Shown here one piece after another: positions 11,739-23,925 of a stretch of 64,000 nucleotides of DNA (position 1 is the first letter of the stretch; the number at the start of each line of letters is the position of its first letter). A model generated the notes under the pieces. That model was not told the DNA's origin, did no database searches, and was given only the letters and a program-made list of their open reading frames with translations. Origin of the DNA: Fistulifera solaris (taxonomy: Eukaryota); assembly GCA_030295235.1 (NCBI GenBank), contig AP026139.1, positions 310,001 to 374,000 on the forward strand, in the 5' to 3' direction. Both the position numbers and the translations under genes were made by a program.

Positions 11739-12930
11739 TTAGTATCCACCATTTCTAGTCAGGTTACGGGCGGTTCGGGCTACCCCCTTTTCAATGATCT
11801 TGTCGACGATTGCTTGCCGAACAAGGTTGGAATTTCTTTGCGGGCGACCTGCGCTTGGGCGTTCCAAGTTTGCAGGCTCGCTTGCTGCTGGTCGGCTTCT
11901 ACCTTGTGGGCTATCAAAGTAGGTGTGGGCCATGTCCTTTTGGTCAATACAAAAGTTATGTAGCCGAGCAATACACTGAATAAAAGTATAAATTCGGGTT
12001 TGTTTGATCAAGACCAAGGACCGAAGTACACGCCAGCGTTGCGTCATCATACCAAACGCACATTCGATCTTCATCCGAAGCTGACTGAGAAAGTAATTGA
12101 AGTCGCTCTTTGATCGATCAGATCTCTGTGAGCCAGTAAAAGGAGTCAAAACCTTTGTTGAACACGTGTACGCACTATCCGCCACTATATATTTCCAATA
12201 CGGTAGGTTAGCAACCAACTTTGGCAACTGGGTGCTGTTGAAGGCTCGACTATCACTGCAACTCCCAACCCCCCAGTATCTATAAAGAGAAAACGAGATC
12301 TTTCATCGCACACAGCTTGTATGTTGACTCCGTGCACGAACTGTAATGACCAGAAAAATGAGCCATGGCCGTTTTAGTTTCCGAACTATAAGGAGCTCTT
12401 GTCTCTAAATGGTATCCATCGAGGCACCCAACACATCCACTCATTATTCCATGCGAGGAAATGTTCTTGAACTTCTTAGCTGCTTCGTCTATTTCGGTCG
12501 GAGTCGGGAAAATGTAGTTTCAGGGCGTCACATCTGACTATCGCCTGCATCACTTTATGGAGCAATCGGTAAAATGACTGCATGCTGAGACCCATTTGAT
12601 CGCTCACGTCGATGTATGACCCGCCAGCAAGCCAGCGTGAGGAGCATGTGAACCTGTACCTCAACTGGGATTGGCTTAGTTCCTGCTATCCCAGAAGAAT
12701 AATGAAGCGGGAAGGTGAGGCGAAATCAAGTCGACCAACAACAAAAATGACTGGATCTGCATCCTGTTCTTTCGGGAAAACTGTTTCTCGGATTGTCTCA
12801 TTAGCCGTTGAACATAGAGATCCCAGTCCATACGTTCATAGACTACCTTGGGTTCTCTTGCTTTTAAAACAATACTGGCGGCTAGCATCAATTTCCTTAG
12901 AAGCTTCTTTCGAGCAACGTATTTCAACAT
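11739..12930 (-). CDS. Harbinger DDE transposase (DDE_Tnp_4/HARBI1-like; frameshifted)
   Basis: RWLAGGSYID HTH region, GCVGCLDG (~12420), NIQAVCD, IVADSAY, FNYFLSQLRMKIECAFG..RWRVL, LHNFCI. Confidence 0.92.
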
Positions 12931-14781
12931 TATGCACTCCTCCAGAGTTTTCGAGGAAACGACTGGTTTTGGTCGTTTCCAATACCTTCATAGGCTTCGC
13001 AGTAGAGAGCTTCATGGTGTACAAATGAGAGAACATGAAGTTAAATAAATGGTCAAGCGCAATGCTAAAAACATTAGGCAAAAATAAAAACAAGAGCAGC
13101 AACTTGCGATGAAATGCACAACGGGGGAGAAATGAAAGCGGTATTATTATTTAAGAAATTTTATGTCTGCTATGACATAAAGAATGGTGTGCAGTTGCAC
13201 AAGAAATGTGCACTGATAAGAAGGTGAGTTTTTGGGGCTTTTGCAATCCGATGGCAGGCCGGCGCGCGGTGTGCAGATGTGCTGCACATGTGCAGTGATA
13301 AGAACGTACCTTAGATTAGAGATTTTCTGTTGATTTACCGCGCAAACAAAGGAATAAAGGTCTCTGAGTGCCGGTCAGACGTCCACCCACTCATTCCCTG
13401 TCAAACAGGGAATTGGGAAAATGAACGAGGAAGGGAATTGAACTGGGATCCCAGTTGGGAATTCCCTGTTAAACGGAGAACGGACAGAGGTCTAAGATAG
13501 AATTCGTTGTACTCTCACATTTGTATCGTATATTGTATAATAGTAACGTAGCCTTGGTAGTCCTCGCTACATGCGAATACGTGGTACTCAAATCACGTAG
13601 AAAAAATACACCGCAGCTCGCTTTCAACCCAAAAATCACACCATGATGTCATCTTTGCTCTGAAAACAACGTATTGTCCTCTGATATGCCTTTGAATCAT
13701 CACTCATCGACTCGTTATCGTCCTGCGTATCATGTTACGGTGCGGACTGTCGCGCCTCGCACTCCTGAGATGTGAAAAACTCGCCATTACATCGCTTGCG
13801 CTCGGGTGGTGTTCATCGTCCATCACTGTTCAACGCTCGTACTGCCTTTCTGGCTCGTTTCATTCCTTCTCATGGTCACACGGATATGATCTGTGTCTTA
13901 GGAAGCTGAATCTTGCGTCGCAAACGCATGCATCATGTCCAGTGTCGCGAAGCAATCGTGACGGTCATCTCAAGCTTCTCACGTTATTTCGAGGATGCTA
14001 CCATGTTCAATCCACCATTAAAATACCATTAATAACCATCTCCGGGAAAGCAAATCTGGCGGATCAAAGCTATTGTCCTACATAAATCTGGACTTCAAGA
14101 ACTTCAGTTCGCCAGACATTGCTTTCTGGGCTATTTTCTTTGCGATCTGCTACTGCCTGTATCATCTTGTCCGAGACTGCTGCCCCAACTGCCCCTCGCT
14201 CGTGGTGCCCGTGTCCAGCCTGATAACCATGGAAGTCAAGACAAAACTCAAAAGGCTGAGGTGGAAATTCAAGCCGAAATCGAAGTGAACTTGACAGCCG
14301 TCGACCAAAGTCGATGATCTCGTGTAGCACCTCTTGTCGCACAAAATGCACTTACATCAAATAGAGCAAAGGAATAAAAGACTTGAAAGAAATTAGAAAC
14401 ATTTTTTGAGTACTAGACTTCTAGCTAGATAGTTTTGCTATGGTAACAACGCCCAAAGCTGTTGCTGCTCTGCAACGGCTGCTCCTAAGTATTCTTCAAT
14501 CGGAATGAACGAATAGTGGCCATCAGTAAACAAGTTAATAATCAGTTCTTTTTATGACCTCAATATTTCGGGGGACAACAACGCTTCTAACAAGATTTCG
14601 GCTGTTTCCCAGTATCGCTATTAACATTCAACCAACAACGAGGACAACGCATTTATTGTGTTTTCTTTCTGTCGACATCTGCTTCACTATTGGGTCAGCA
14701 TATAGGCTCATGTACGATGGCTTTTTCCTTTAAAAGAATGATTCAACATGAACGCTGCTCATCAAAAGATTATTGTGCCTT

Positions 14782-14986
14782 GCTCTCATGGAAAGTCGTT
14801 CACGATAACCACGTTCGAAATGCAATGAGCCTTTAATGTTTCTCCTCTCCTCCACGCACAGCTCATCTGCCTCAGTTTTCAGTACACCCGCTCTCATCCT
14901 GTCACGCAATTTCTTCTAGCAGTCAAAGATGCATTCACTTTCTGCAGCGCCTGTTATAAATTCGAAAAGTGTTTTGCCAAGGCGAA
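14782..14986. repeat. ~200 bp dispersed non-coding repeat, copy 2
   Basis: Direct match to 1888-2090; lies in the spacer of the inverted repeat. Confidence 0.9.
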
Positions 14987-15340
14987 GATTTCGCAGCAAC
15001 GATAGGACGATGATTTACCATTTTCCATGGCAGTAAACGTGACCATATCGGTAGATCGACCGTAATTGCAAATAATCATTAACAAGACTCGTCCGAACGC
15101 TGCATTTTGTGCTAACAGTTGCTTCTAAAGGCTTGTTTCGGAAGACCCGGGCGTTCAAGGCAGAGCCAAAACGCTTCGTCACTGGACAATGATTCACGAG
15201 TTTGAGACGGAGATTCAGTACCACGAGAAGGAATGAAACAACCCACGTCTTCACGAAGAGATAGTAAGATGAGGCGCTGAAAGGCTCAAGCGCATGCGAC
15301 GCAGTGGAAATTTCATCGTCTTAGGAGAGTGAGGCGCTGG

Positions 15341-17838
15341 CAGTCCGCACCGTAACATGATACGCAGGACGATAACGAGTCGATGAGTGATGATTCAAAG
15401 GCATATCAGAGGACAATACGTTGTTTTCAGAGCAAAGATGACATCATGGTGTGATTTTGGGTTGAAAGCGAGCTGCGGTGTATTTTTTCTACGTGATTTG
15501 AGTACCACGTATTCGCATGTAGCGAGGACTACCAAGGCTACGTTACTATTATACAATATACGATACAAATGTGAGAGTACAACGAATTCTATCTATAAGC
15601 CGTACCGCTGCTGTATATTTTCGCTGCTTTGTTCGCACTTTTCAAAGGAATCGCCCGTGTTGAAAGGTAAGTTACCATGAAGATCTTTATTAACGTCTAC
15701 TTTCGCACCCTTTTGTCTCGTTCTCATAAGAGATGAAGTCTTTACTCACCCCTGTGCTTGCTTTTGATGTCTTGAAGGTTTGAAATCGCTTACAAATAGC
15801 ACAATTGACAAAGTCAAGTGTCCGCAGCATCGCAAAGCAAACAAAATGAAAAATAACACAGTCAGTCCTGTCGTTTGGCACGAAGAGTTGCCTCTCTTCG
15901 TGTCGTTAGCTAACAAAGTACTCGAGAAGAAGGAGGATATCCGCAAGAGCAGTGGGTCTCAGTGGAAATCGAAGCAGTGGGTTCCTGCTAGCGGTTTCTC
16001 TGTCGAAGAGACCGTTAGTCTTGCGATTCTATTTGGAGACCAATTCAAGGCTTTGCAGCATACAGAGCATAGCGCCGTTCGTCAGCGGTGAATTAACCAC
16101 GCTTGACGCAATCCTTGACGACAGTTTCAAGATCTTGAGAAAGGAATTGAGTGATATGGCTGCCTTTCAGACGCAGAGTACTGCGTCGGCGAGTGTCGTT
16201 ACGGGTACGGCCGCAGCAGCGTCACTTGATCCTGTTGCTGCTGCTGTTGCTGCAGTGATGGGAGGTGAAACGGGTGCTTCTGCTTCTAGCAGTCCGTATT
16301 TGCGGTCGAAAAAGAATGATGATGTTTGAAGAAAAGCCGGAAAGGACCGAAGGGAGAACGCTCGCAACAAACGTAGTTCATCATCCCGTCGCATCCTGTT
16401 TCCCGGCCAGCAATCGCTGTCCCTTTCCTACTCCTACCGAGCAGCCGCGTCCTGTTTCAGCAAGCAGTAAGGGGTTAAAGAAATGGCAGATCGACAAGTT
16501 GATGGACTGGATGAAGGAGAATGATTACAATTCTTCTCCCGACTGGGCTGCAATTGACGACCTTGTCGAGAGTACCGGCATGAAGCCATCGCGAGATAGT
16601 CGCTTGGATCGCAGAGCTGGGAGCAAGTGTTGTTAAGCTCCGCAGTGGTGGTGGTGCTGCTGTTGAAGAATCCGTTGGAGTGGGACTTGGAGTTGAAGTT
16701 GAAGTTGCAATGGAGCAACAGCCTGAAATCATCACAATCGATGACGGCGACGAAGACGATAGCGTCCCAGAGCTTGCTGAAGAGAACGACAAGGATGATG
16801 ATATCAGCAGCCTACTAGACCTCACCGCTGACGAAAAGATTGATGACTTCTACGCAAATCATGCAGGAGTCAGTCTACCAGACGCCGCAAAGGATGTTGA
16901 AGTGGCAAGTGATGATGATGAAGCAACCTGGGATTCGCTCATTGCAGAGTTTTTCGATGTCATGGACGCAGATGAGTTAGATGATGTTGATGACGAAAAG
17001 GCAGTATCCTCTGTCGCAAAGCCGTGCAAGGTGCTACAAGGTGCTTCCGAAGTTCGCAATAATGTCCATAATGGACCTGATTCGTTCGAGGATGAAGCTG
17101 CGTTGTTGGAGTTGTCCTGTTTGGAATCACTCGAGTCATTGGAGCTGCTAGTTTTGGAGCTGGGCTTCAATTTTGATGATGAATGCGAGTGTGGATCTTC
17201 GAATTCGTTTGAATGCGTCCAGGAACGAACGAAGAAAACAACGCGCGCATTGCCCGGAACTCATCGAATTTGATGCTTGGATGATTGACCACCGACGCAT
17301 ACGCGCTGATCAGAGAGGTTTTCCTTGTCCTTGTCTGGTGTTCATGGGGATCTTCACAGTCCATCCACTCATATCCGGTCATCTCGATGAATAGACAGTT
17401 TCTTTGGCTGTTCACGGGAGCAATTTATCTTGATGAACCGACGTTCGACCTTCTGCCGTTTTGACTTGATGTCCTTTCGATTTCCTTCCTTTGTACTCGT
17501 TTAGGTACTTGTGTTCTTCCATTGATATTGTTGCTGTTTGTTCTTTCGTTGAAGTTACCCCATTCCATCGCAGAGAGACTCGTTCTTTCAAGTGTTTTTA
17601 TTATTAATATTAATGATTGAGTTTGCATCGTTTTCTTATTAAAACTTACGCCGCAATATTATACTGTAGTAGATGATTATTGCAACGCCTCAGAGTTAGT
17701 GATTCTCTACAAGTGTGAATATAAGTCTAACCCCAACTGTTTCGCTGGTTCATATCTGACCAGTTACCTAACTGCCCCAGCTCCACTGCCTCTATAGTTG
17801 ACAAGCGTTGTCGCCGCGTACGCCCTACTTTGTAACAG
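15341..17838 (+). repeat. Right arm of the long inverted repeat (uninterrupted)
   Basis: Reverse complement of the left arm; ends CTACTTTGTAACAG matching CTGTTACAAAGTAG at 7020. Confidence 0.95.
15846..17284 (+). CDS. TALE-homeodomain-like protein, paralog B (frameshifted in assembly; end approximate)
   Basis: KKWQIDKLMDWMKENDYNSSPDWAAIDDLVESTGMKPS then IVAWIAELG at ~16475-16620; GTAAGT..AATAG intron upstream of the ATG. Confidence 0.6.
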
Positions 17839-17912
17839 TTCGACCGAACGCCTACTGGAAATACTGAATCAGAAACAGAATGAAGCCAGTAACCCACCAC
17901 CCACGACCTAAT

Positions 17913-18488
17913 TCAGCCGGCAAGTCCGATCAAAATCCACGCCAGTATCCATCCGAGGGCCAAAAGAATCGCCAGCTCAGTTCCGTCACAACACCAAGTT
18001 ACAAATGCTGCTTGAATCTGGTGTCTCCCGCGAATGCGATGGCATATTGAGCAATCGAGCCGCTCTCCGATGCCGCGCATTGGCATGTAAAGTAGTGAAA
18101 GCATGCCACAATAGCTCGAAGATGTTATCTTTTCTAAATTCCGCAGGTAAAGGAACATCTTTTCGAGCCTGGAAATTCATGTGATATCGTGCGATTTCCG
18201 CTTCATCTTCGTCGTCGTCCCAGTCGCTGTCTAAAAACTATCAATACTGGCACTGCCCGAAGATTTTGAATGAATTTGATGCAGCCCCACATGCGCCCCT
18301 TCCGCGGTCTCTCCTTCTTCTTTCCAGGGTCTATCACGAAATATTCCTTCTTTATCGTCTTTGTAGCTCTCGTTTTCGTGTTCCTCATTCTGGGCATCGG
18401 CGGTGCCGGTCTTGTTGTTGGCGTTATCCTCGGGCGAAGGAGACTCTTCGTCGAGAACGAGCGGCTGATAAGCTTCGGTTCCGGGCAT
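17913..18488 (-). CDS. Hypothetical protein with C-terminal hydrophobic segment (frameshifted)
   Basis: Chain of overlapping minus-strand ORFs from MPGTEAYQPL to LAILLALGWILAWILIGLAG. Confidence 0.4.
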
Positions 18489-18925
18489 TTTCGATCCTAT
18501 GCAACTTTGTCGACGAGATAGGCTATTCACACAAGATTACGAAGAAAATTATAATACGATAGCAAATGGCTGCATTCGATCGATCGATCGGCCTCGTTTA
18601 TTATCATCTATCTGCTCCGCCGCTCGGTCTCGCGTTGTCGTTTTGTTATTGTCGTCCGCGCAATGCAATGATGATGCGACATTTCACCACGAAATTAATT
18701 CAGCATCATAGTCACTAACTTTATCCTTACTTCTGGAGTAGGTATCGCACGCGATCAAGCGTTTTTTTTCTTTTTGCTTCCGAATGATATGATTATGATG
18801 ATTGATGATTGATGATGCGTTTCCTCATTTGACAACAAAACGCGTATCGACTTTCATGCACACCCCGCAAACATTCGAGTCTTTCACTGCTAAAAGGAGC
18901 CAGGCATCCTATTATACTTCAACAA

Positions 18926-19914
18926 ATGAAAACACGAAGTTGGTCGCAATTATTTCGGGCGCCATTTCAAGGTGCTAGTGTCCCGAGCAAGCCTCCGGCG
19001 CTCGATGACATTCCCGATCTGATCGATCAGATGCTGCATTCGAATAGTGAAACGCGAGCAGCCGCTGTAAAGAATATATACGAACTATGCGATGTATCTC
19101 ACAAAGAGAATCGTGTTCCTATGGTTTGTAGCGGAAAGTACGATGTCTTATCGCCCCTAGCGAAATGTTTGACACAGGAAAGTGAAGATGGACGTCACTT
19201 AGCCTGCTTGGCTTTGAATAACCTTTCGATACCAGCAGAGAACAAACATATCATGGCTTTGGGACCTGCTTCGGAAGAGGTGATTGGGGCGCTTTGTAAA
19301 GTGATCGCCGAAGACAGACAGGAATCGTATATGTGCTGCATTGCCTCATGAATCTTTCTTTCCTTGAGGCAAGCATCACGTCTATCTTACAGTATTCTCC
19401 TTCTCTTGATGGCAAAGTTTTGAGTCCTTTGGATAATCCGGATTCTCTTCTGCGCGTCCTAGAGAAGCGTCTTGCAAACTCGCCTTTTGTCCGCAAGTCC
19501 GAATCGGGCAACTCTGAAACGGACAAATTAATTGCAGCTGTGGTCCCCAAGGCAAGCACAAGCAAATCGGAAGCTGTGCGCTGGACTTGTGGCTTGCTGA
19601 AAAATTTAGCCAAAAATGAGGAGAATGCAGCTTCGATCGGAAAGACGAACATTCCGAAGTGTATCGTGGATAACCTCCGTGCCGCTACAGATCCTCCATC
19701 ACAATGGAAGTCCAATAGCTTAGAGGACCATGCTCTTTTCGTTATTCTCAACCTTGCCCAATGGCCAGTCTGTCATGAAACTCTCATTCGAGTTGGCGCT
19801 GAAGATGCTATCAAGCCTGTGGCGTCAATGGATGACCCTAGGGGTCTTGAAGCCCAAACGGTTTGCGCTCTACTGGAGGCGAAGAAAGATGCGCTTGCAC
19901 TGATCTTTTGTTGA
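18926..19914 (+). CDS. Armadillo-repeat-like protein, short paralog
   Basis: HLACLALNNLSIP, RWTCGLLKNLAKNEEN; paralogous to 23926-25772 but lacks its C-terminal part; indel near 19340. Confidence 0.7.
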
Positions 19915-20364
19915 CGCAACAACAAGCGAAAAAAGATATCTGGATTTTTATAGGGTCTATATTGCAATCCGACTTATTATGTGACGTCGACCGCCTTACG
20001 CTATGTTCACCATAGGTAACCACAACCAGTAAAATGTTATGGCAGGATCGACCCAAGTTTAGAGAAGAAGTCTTTTCACAAATCAACAATGTAGCGCAAA
20101 ATTAGTTTATTTTTCAGAGCATAAGCAATGCCTAAAAGAATAGATTATCTTGCACCGGGACTTTGATTTTCTTCTCACATGATTTACAAGCGTGTAATCG
20201 ATCCGCAAGTCTTTGGTTTTGCCTCTTTAAGGACTTTATTTTCTTTCGACACTCTTGACCGAAGAAGATCAGTTCAGGCTGCGTCAAGGCATCCAACCGG
20301 GAATAATTCGACGGGCCGGCCTCTTCTCTGGACTTTCGGTGACTTTGTTGCCTCGACTCGTGAT

Positions 20365-21309
20365 TTATTGCTTTCTGACAAGCTTCAATAAGCGCCCTGT
20401 CGTTTGTAGATTTTCAAGATTCGGTACGTTACAGAGGCCGTGGAAGTACGGTCGTGGGCTTTGCTGCTGTTCGCACATTCGGCGGCACTCCCGGTCCCTT
20501 GGACTTCCCGGTATCCTGAACACATTCGGCGGCAATCCCGGCACTTCGGGCTGCATCGCAAGTTGCTGCGCCGAAATCGGTTGCATTTTAGCCTGCTCGC
20601 CCGGCCTCGACTGCTGGTTCGCAAGCAACACTGTAGGCTTCGCTACTTGTTTCGGTGTTAAAGGCTGCTTCGATGCTTCTTGTGGAACTGTAGCTACCTT
20701 TGCTACTCCTTTCATCGCGTTCGCTTGCTTCGCTGCTTCTGCGGTACTTGCTTCCTAGTATTCGACGGCACTGGCGGCATTCAGTAAGGTCGAAATGGTC
20801 TCAGCATTGAGTGCAGCCCGAATCTCATTCATGACATCCGTAACTTCAGTTTGCGTTGTCACGGGGGCGCAAATGAAATGATTTTCGATAGCTTCCAGGC
20901 ATTTCAACTCTTGAATCATGTAATCGTCCAGTAGTTGATTCTGCGGAATAATTTGCTTGTTCAAAGCACCCATTCGTCGTACGCGATTACAGTCGTTCAT
21001 CAGTCTGTCACTAATTTCATTCTTCTTACACGATTCCATTTCGGCATCGTTGAGCAGCGAAGTGATTCTCTTGCTTCCCAGAAATTGGTAGACGGCCGTC
21101 GGAAAATGATGCCGCGCGAAAACGATTTCTTTCTTGTGATCGGTTTTCCCGTTGCCGCAAAATTTTTCTTCAATGCCGGGCGCATACTTGCACATGGCTG
21201 CGAGAAAGATCATATTCTTGAAGAAGGTTTGCGGTGAACTGGATGTCATTATTTTTCTCATCGACCATCGACGGCATTGCCCTTTCCAGACGTCACCAGC
21301 GGGGGCCAA
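20365..21309 (-). CDS. Hypothetical protein; two same-frame ORFs split by one TAG at 20755-20757
   Basis: ORFs 20755-21309 and 20365-20715 share a frame and the sequence between is open. Confidence 0.4.
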
Positions 21310-21829
21310 AGCTTCGATTGGATCGGAAATCTAACGGCATTCTTTTCCCCACGAACAGTGGCATTGCATTCCTTCCTGTTTTGGTTTTTGTCATCTTGAT
21401 ATTTAAAAAAAATAATAAGGCGTAGATCTCCAGTGTTTTCTTTTGTGCCTTTTTATTTCGCATTACAAAAAGCGCCGCTCGCTCGCTTTTCGGCAAAAAT
21501 ACTTGCGCACGCACATAAAATGCTCAGTACATCTTCTACGGGATTCGCGGACTGTAAAAATGATAGATGAAAATACACAATCAGACATAATGTACTCTCC
21601 ATTTCGGAATTTGTCGCAGTGGTGCAGCGCATACTTTGGAACCCAATAAACGACCGCCGCAAATACTTGTACGAAACACGTTGCGAGATGATGCGATGGG
21701 GCTTCTCCAACTCAATTTTTCAAACCAGCTTCTTTTTTTGGGGCAAAGGCCATCTGATCGGTCTGACATTGGCTCTCCAGGTGTGCTTGACCCAAAGACG
21801 ACATCAAGTGTGTTGCAAAGCTGAGAACA

Positions 21830-22875
21830 ATGAAAGGCATCCGCGTCACGCGCATCGTTTGGATGCCGATTCCGATTCTTATTCTATTTTATTCTGCAAA
21901 ACAAACGGCTAACGCACTAGTCACTGCCGATGGGAGGCATCTTTTCATCAAATACATAAATCAAGTCGCTTGGGTCTTGTAACAAGGTTATCACAAACGT
22001 CCGAGAAAACGGAGAGTGGCGCCGGAATTGACAACCAGAAACAACCTGCGTTGCAATTGCCTCGGTCAGCGACCATTAATGATATAATGACTGCCATGGG
22101 AACATCTCCTCGTCGAATCTTTCTATCGTTTACGTCATCGGCCGGAATTGCGTTGGTGGGAAATTTGTTCGGAGTCACCAGTTCCGTTCTTAGTCAAATA
22201 GACGAGGATTTGGTCGAATCGACTGGGTTGGATTTGTACTATCCAAGGGGTGATTATAAGAGGTATCGAACTGTGGATTACGCCTTTGTGATTCCGAAAG
22301 AATGGGTGGCCGATACAGCGGTCGAACTCGCAAAAGCCCAGCGACGGACACAGCCTCTCGATTATAGAATGCGACAAACAAGTGGAGGTACCCTCCCCGA
22401 CTCTGGTGCGTTTCATTGAATTTCGATATCAAATTACGGAATTGTTTTTAATCTTACGTCGCGCCCTTGACAAGCGTTTGGACCTCCGGGAAGGCTCGAT
22501 AACCGTGGCGTTTCGCAGGGAGACACGAATGTGTCCGTGATACAATCTCCATTTTCCCCGGGCTTTTCACTCCGCGATACGATGAAAACGCCTTCCGAGG
22601 GGGCTCTATTTCTGCTCAACAATTCGATAGCCCGTCCGGAAAGTGGTCGCAAAGCTACACTTCTTGATGCGTCCGAACGAAACGGAGTCTATCAATTTGA
22701 ATACAGAGTCGACCCCGGTGGCGGAAGACCACCATTGCGATCCATTTCCGTCCTAGCACAGGCCAAACAATTCTTATATACGATGACAGTAGTTGCGCCC
22801 GAGAAAGACTGGACTTCCAGCACAGTTTACGAGTCAAAACTACGAAAGATTGCAGAAAGTTTTCATCTTCGATAG
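21830..22875 (+). CDS. PsbP-domain thylakoid lumen protein (PPD-like), one intron ~22407-22473
   Basis: RRIFL twin-Arg-like motif, YAFVIPKEWVAD, TNVSVIQSP, YQFEYRVD, LYTMTVVAPEKDW..LRKIAESFHL; N-terminus frameshifted. Confidence 0.75.
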
Positions 22876-23000
22876 CGATTTGCTAAATGGCACTTGCTTA
22901 TTTATAGTCAAGTAGACGAGTTATCAATTTGAACGTAGTTGAATAAATTTAGGAGAATTGTGGAATAGCACGCGGCCTTATAAGACGACAGAGAACTTCA

Positions 23001-23249
23001 TTATTTCTTTTCGGAGGCTCTGTTGAGTTCCTCCCGCAAGTTCTTCGTAAAGTCGTCATCCATATCGTCATCCCAGTTATCCATCCATTGTTGCGTTTCT
23101 TCCTCTATTTCATTCTTGCCCCAATGCTCAGGTTCGAATTCCTCAAATTTGTCATCCTCCTCCATTGCCTCCATCAACGTCTTCGGTTCGGTCTTTTTGG
23201 AGGCATCCGCACTGGGTTGGCTCTTTTTCGCCTCCGTTGTGTCTCCCAT
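23001..23249 (-). CDS. SEM1: 26S proteasome subunit SEM1/DSS1
   Basis: EEDDKFEEFEPEHW..WMDNWDDDMDDDFTKNLREEL. Confidence 0.92.
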   Translation of the reverse strand: MGDTTEAKKSQPSADASKKTEPKTLMEAMEEDDKFEEFEPEHWGKNEIEEETQQWMDNWDDDMDDDFTKNLREELNRASEKK

Positions 23250-23925
23250 TCTGCCCTTGCTGCTTTTTTATGATTTACAGTATAAAGAAGAGTAGGATGA
23301 GGTTTTTTAATTATTCTTTATCACCCAACGAGCAATACCTGGTAAGCAATAAACACTCTTTGTTTTGTCTTCCGTCAACAAGATCCTCTTCCTTCGTTGC
23401 CCTTCATCACTTCGTCCCTTGTTGTTGAGGGTGCAAAAACGGACGACACAAGCGTGCTAAATAATGCTAACCACTACGACAGGGATGCGCCTCGTTTCGC
23501 GTGGCGCGCATCAGCCGCGTACGCCGTTCGTATTCTCCCCCATAATGCGAAGTCTCAACGGTCATGAAACGTCCCCACTGCTAATTGATGCTGGCCAACA
23601 GCTTCCTTGCAGAAATTTTACAAATAAGTCCAGAATGTGCTCAAACGCGCTTCGTCTTATTAGGATCATTGGATCTTCCGTCGGTCCAGGCGCGCAAGTA
23701 TTACTACAAGCTATTCGATACTAAGTCGTCGCCAAATGACAGCCCATTTAGCGACCACGGGAGTGAACGGTTATCTCAACGAGCTTCGGCTTTCCCGCGC
23801 AAACGATTGACCCCAAAAAGAACCATCATCGCTCCTTTGATCTGCTTTGCACAGCAACAAGAACTCGCAGTCCTATCAATCTGATCATTTACTAATAACA
23901 ATCTCATCAACATCAACAAGTCAAC

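Larger units (their letters stand above)
9432..13310. mobile_element. PIF/Harbinger DNA transposon, 3879 bp
   Basis: ~41-bp imperfect TIRs (GGCTTGTTCTTATCAGTGCACATGTGCAGCA.. / ..TGCTGCACATGTGCAGTGATAAGAACGTACC); TTA TSD at 9429-9431 and 13311-13313; two convergent genes. Confidence 0.95.
9281..13494. mobile_element. Non-autonomous hAT-type element/MITE (~332 bp without the nested Harbinger)
   Basis: TIRs TAGACCTCTGTCCATTC / GAACGGACAGAGGTCTA; 8-bp TSD AGATAGAA at 9273-9280 and 13495-13502; subterminal AAC(T/A)GGGA repeats; empty site with a single TTCTATCT at ~15587-15594. Confidence 0.88.
7020..13750 (-). repeat. Left arm of a long inverted repeat (7020-9280 plus 13503-13750; interrupted by nested transposons)
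   Basis: Near-identical reverse complement of 15341-17838; more diverged homology continues to ~13915. Confidence 0.95.

Noticed and set aside
14073..14288. Small hydrophobic Cys-containing ORF in the palindrome spacer
   Set aside because: Non-ATG start, 71 aa, no recognisable family; insufficient support
7020..17838. Whole palindrome as one giant TIR element, LTR element or Polinton
   Set aside because: The ends read TGTTAC..GTAACA, but I see no flanking TSD and no RT, integrase or polB; the arms contain a host-like gene with a third copy elsewhere
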